This document shows, in pieces, positions 61,175-64,000 of a stretch of 64,000 nucleotides of DNA. The notes beneath the pieces are model-generated. The model made no database searches. It worked only from the letters and a program-made list of their open reading frames with translations, and was not told where the DNA came from. Position 1 is the first letter of the stretch. Each line of letters begins with the position of its first letter. A program made the position numbers and the translations under genes. This DNA is from Fibrobacterales bacterium (GTDB lineage Bacteria > Fibrobacterota > Fibrobacteria > Fibrobacterales > JAOPTW01). The stretch lies in NCBI GenBank assembly GCA_051532055.1, contig JAOPTX010000057.1, positions 1 through 64,000 on the forward strand. Direction: 5' to 3'.

Positions 61175-61206
61175 AAAAAGGAGCGGGGTAAACCCGTTCC
61201 TTTTTT
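61175..61206 (+). terminator. Intrinsic (possibly bidirectional) terminator
   Basis: aaaaaggagcggg-gtaaa-cccgttcctttttt. Confidence 0.8.
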
Positions 61207-61528
61207 GATTATATTTGAATGGATAGTTGGGCTCTGAGGTAAGTATGCTGAGAGGGCTTGTAGACACTAAATCATCTAGTAGCAAGTGTGATTTCGAGGC
61301 TGGCTTTGTGAAGTGGCTCCATAGGATGGGGGATGGTAGATTGTTGATTGGTTGTTGTATTTTTGATATTTATAGCTAATTGAGTCCATATGGAGTGTAA
61401 AGTACGAATTTACATTGGGGTTTCGTTGAGGGCGTTGCTGAATCACTAAAAAGCCTCAAATTAAGATAATTTGCGTGCACTGTAGACTATTTTATATTAT
61501 ATTACAGGGGGTTCAACGGTTGATCAGT

Positions 61529-62383
61529 ATGGCAGATATTTATAATTACCTCGACTATCGGAAGTATCTCAATGACCGATATGAAGAGTTAAAAGACGCT
61601 GAAGGTGTTTCTCACCGGATTCTAGGAAAACGCGGCGGTTTTGACCCCGGCCTTTTTTCAAAAGTAGTAACGGGGCAACGAGACATATCCATGAAAATGG
61701 TGGGTAAGTTTATTGATGCGTTCAATATGAGTGAGAAGGAAGAGGACTACTTTGAAGTTCTTGTGCTTTTTAATCAAGCAAATACACACTCTGAGAAAAA
61801 ATATCACCTCGAAAGACTCCTCTCTTTCAGTAAATGTAAAGTTAAAAAACTGGTAGAGAATCAGTATGAGTACTATGATAAATGGTACTACTCAGCAGTG
61901 AGAGAATTGTTGCATTACTATCCTTTTGCAGGTGATTTTGAGGATCTCGCAGATACCCTTATCCCTAAAATTAAGGTACGTGAAGCCAAAAAAGCAATTG
62001 AACTTCTTGTGGGCCTTGATATGGTTACTCAGAACGAAGAAGGGCAATATGTCCTAACCGATGCTCTTATCACAAGTGGATATGAGACTCATTCAACAGC
62101 TATAAATAACTATGTGCTTTCAGGGATTTCTATGGCTCAAGATGCTCTTGATCTCTTTAAGCCTCATGAACGGAATTTATCTTCTATAACATTCAATTAT
62201 ACCGAAGAAGAACTCCCTGAACTCATCGAAAAATTTAGATCTTTCAGAAAAGACCTCATGCAAATGATTACACGGACGCCAAAAGCAAATCGTGTATTTC
62301 AGTTTAATATGCAGCTCTTTCCTCTTTCTATGCCTTATCCAAAGCCGGTCCGTCCGGGACCCAAAAAAGGGGGTAAAAAATGA
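61529..62383 (+). CDS. TIGR02147 family protein
   Basis: IYNYLDYRKYL...S.R...GF, EEDYFEVLV.FNQA, YYDKWYYSAVREL, ERNLSS, VFQFNMQLFPLS. Confidence 0.9.
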   Translation: MADIYNYLDYRKYLNDRYEELKDAEGVSHRILGKRGGFDPGLFSKVVTGQRDISMKMVGKFIDAFNMSEKEEDYFEVLVLFNQANTHSEKKYHLERLLSFSKCKVKKLVENQYEYYDKWYYSAVRELLHYYPFAGDFEDLADTLIPKIKVREAKKAIELLVGLDMVTQNEEGQYVLTDALITSGYETHSTAINNYVLSGISMAQDALDLFKPHERNLSSITFNYTEEELPELIEKFRSFRKDLMQMITRTPKANRVFQFNMQLFPLSMPYPKPVRPGPKKGGKK

Positions 62384-63669
62384 GAAATGCAATTCGTTTT
62401 TTACTGTTAACACTCCTCTCAGTAATTGCTGCGTGTAGCTTGGGTGACCAGACTCTCGCAGATGGTGGTGGTACTGCTACCGAAACTGAGGCAACTATTG
62501 TTGCTAAAATTGTGACTCCAGATGGGGAGCCTGCCGCAGGCGCTCACGTAATAATACATAAACAAGCAGCACTTTCTGGAAGAGACACTGCAATTGCTCA
62601 GACTACCACTGATGATCAAGGGTCATTTTCTGTTATCGTTGATAGAGAGGAGACCTACATTGTTGAGGCTAACTATGTGGGGGCTTCTGGTGTCAAAAAG
62701 GGAGTTGTGTTTTCTGTAGATGTTGGTGATTTTCCAGCATATGATTTAGGTAATACAACGCTCAAGGCATTAGGGTCTATTGAAGGGATTGTACATTCGC
62801 CTTTTGATTCTGTTGTTGTTTCATTACTTGGTACACAATATACGGCACCTGTTGAAGAAGGGGGAGCCTTTACTATACATTCCGTTCCTCATGGACGATA
62901 TCATGTAAAAGCATATCCTTATGGTAATCCTGATCATTCGATGAATACCACATCAGAAGTGCCTGGTATTGTAATGCTCACATTCCCTGAATATAGAGAT
63001 ACATCAGTAATTGATACTCCAATTGTGATTGATACAAATGAAGTTGATACCCCTATTGTGGTTGTTCCTGAAGATACGGTAGTTGTTCCTGTAGATACGG
63101 TTCCAGAGTTTATTCAAAAGACTCTAATGATTGATAATTTTGATAATAAGAGTCAAAAGAGTCTCTTTGGCATAGAAGACTCATCAGGATCTTGGTCTAC
63201 TTACTCAAATGCTTCATATCAACTAGGCGGTATGCCATTCGACATATATTTTGATTCAACAGATATTATGGGTGATTCCGGATATAGTTTCTCTATGCGC
63301 CTACCCGGTGAGGAGAATAATGGCGTGGCATTTAGCCTTCAGATGGGTAAAAACTCTGAGGAGTTTGATCTGAGTGCAGTTAAAACTATAGACTTTTGGG
63401 CTAAAGGCTCAGGTGTGATCACTGTAGAGTTTAAGAATGAGGGTGGGGCTGAGGCTGGAATTCTTCCGGTTTCTATGAAAGTACCGCTCATGGAGGAATG
63501 GACATTACATTCACTTGATGTCACCCAGTTTTTGGGTCCCAAAGAGACAACGTGGCAGACGATAAAGAGTGCAATTACTCATATTCACTTTATATCCTAC
63601 GAGATGACGACTATCACCATTGATGAAATTAGTTTAACGGGCGTCGATCAGTTCGATTTGGAAAAGTAA
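62380..63669 (+). CDS. Lipoprotein with carboxypeptidase-regulatory-like domain and C-terminal CBM11-like domain
   Basis: Lipobox IAAC, GGGTATET, TTTDDQGSF, IDNFDN...W, FDLS...I.FWAKGSG, IDEI. Confidence 0.75.
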   Translation: MRNAIRFLLLTLLSVIAACSLGDQTLADGGGTATETEATIVAKIVTPDGEPAAGAHVIIHKQAALSGRDTAIAQTTTDDQGSFSVIVDREETYIVEANYVGASGVKKGVVFSVDVGDFPAYDLGNTTLKALGSIEGIVHSPFDSVVVSLLGTQYTAPVEEGGAFTIHSVPHGRYHVKAYPYGNPDHSMNTTSEVPGIVMLTFPEYRDTSVIDTPIVIDTNEVDTPIVVVPEDTVVVPVDTVPEFIQKTLMIDNFDNKSQKSLFGIEDSSGSWSTYSNASYQLGGMPFDIYFDSTDIMGDSGYSFSMRLPGEENNGVAFSLQMGKNSEEFDLSAVKTIDFWAKGSGVITVEFKNEGGAEAGILPVSMKVPLMEEWTLHSLDVTQFLGPKETTWQTIKSAITHIHFISYEMTTITIDEISLTGVDQFDLEK

Positions 63670-63677
63670 ATTTCACT

Positions 63678-63710
63678 AGGCTGTCTCAATGAATGAGACA
63701 GCCTTTTTTT
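63678..63710 (+). terminator. Intrinsic terminator
   Basis: aggctgtctca-atgaa-tgagacagcct plus T run. Confidence 0.9.
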
Positions 63711-63800
63711 ATCATGGCTCAATCTCCATTCTCGTGTTTTTTAGTGGCGGAATGACCACTTCACTCTCCGCAAGAGACGATCATTTTCTAAATTTTGGAC

Positions 63801-64000
63801 ATGAAATATTTTGATGCCGTGATCCTCGAAGAATTGAAAGGCCAAGCTGACATTGCGTCAGTTATCCAGGCCTACCTCCCAGTAAAACGTACCGGAAACA
63901 GCTATAAGTGCGTGTGCCCTTTTCATAACGACCATAGCCCAAGCATGCACATAACCCCTTCAATGGGGATCTATAAGTGTTTTGCGTGCGGTGCAGGAGG
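63801..64000 (+). CDS. dnaG: DNA primase, N-terminal CHC2 zinc finger (truncated by window)
   Basis: MKYFDAVILEELKGQADI...YKCVCPFHNDHSPSM...YKCFACGAG. Confidence 0.9.
   Translation, partial: MKYFDAVILEELKGQADIASVIQAYLPVKRTGNSYKCVCPFHNDHSPSMHITPSMGIYKCFACGAG

Noticed and set aside
2145..63542. Many short ORF-track entries antisense to or nested in longer genes (e.g. 11068-11337, 12141-12389, 13281-13673, 60087-60659, 6597-6833, 32701-32997)
   Set aside because: Shadow or chance ORFs with no motifs, most overlapping well-supported genes.

Overview
AT-rich bacterial chromosomal segment, most likely Fibrobacterota. This is inferred from two FISUMP lipoproteins, a fibro-slime/PA14 lipoprotein, a TIGR02147 gene, Ser-rich lipoproteins and T9SS-like C-terminal tails. 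The left ~31 kb is an accessory region of secreted and surface proteins, degraded duplications and dispersed repeats. Its centrepiece is a tightly packed minus-strand candidate anti-phage operon (15670->8224): PD-(D/E)XK-like protein, KAP-family NTPase, a 52-aa two-helix membrane ORF missing from the ORF track, a 959-aa reverse transcriptase-nitrilase fusion (DRT1/UG1-like architecture) and an FRG-domain protein. The right half is mostly core or metabolic genes: SRP RNA, TraB/GumN, DUF1015, aspartoacylase, CheX-GGDEF, pepP, trpBA, dcd-pyrE/pyrD, a hybrid kinase, an aminotransferase, a GH5 endoglucanase, TIGR02147 plus lipoprotein, and the start of dnaG. All calls come from reading motifs by eye; no searches were run.
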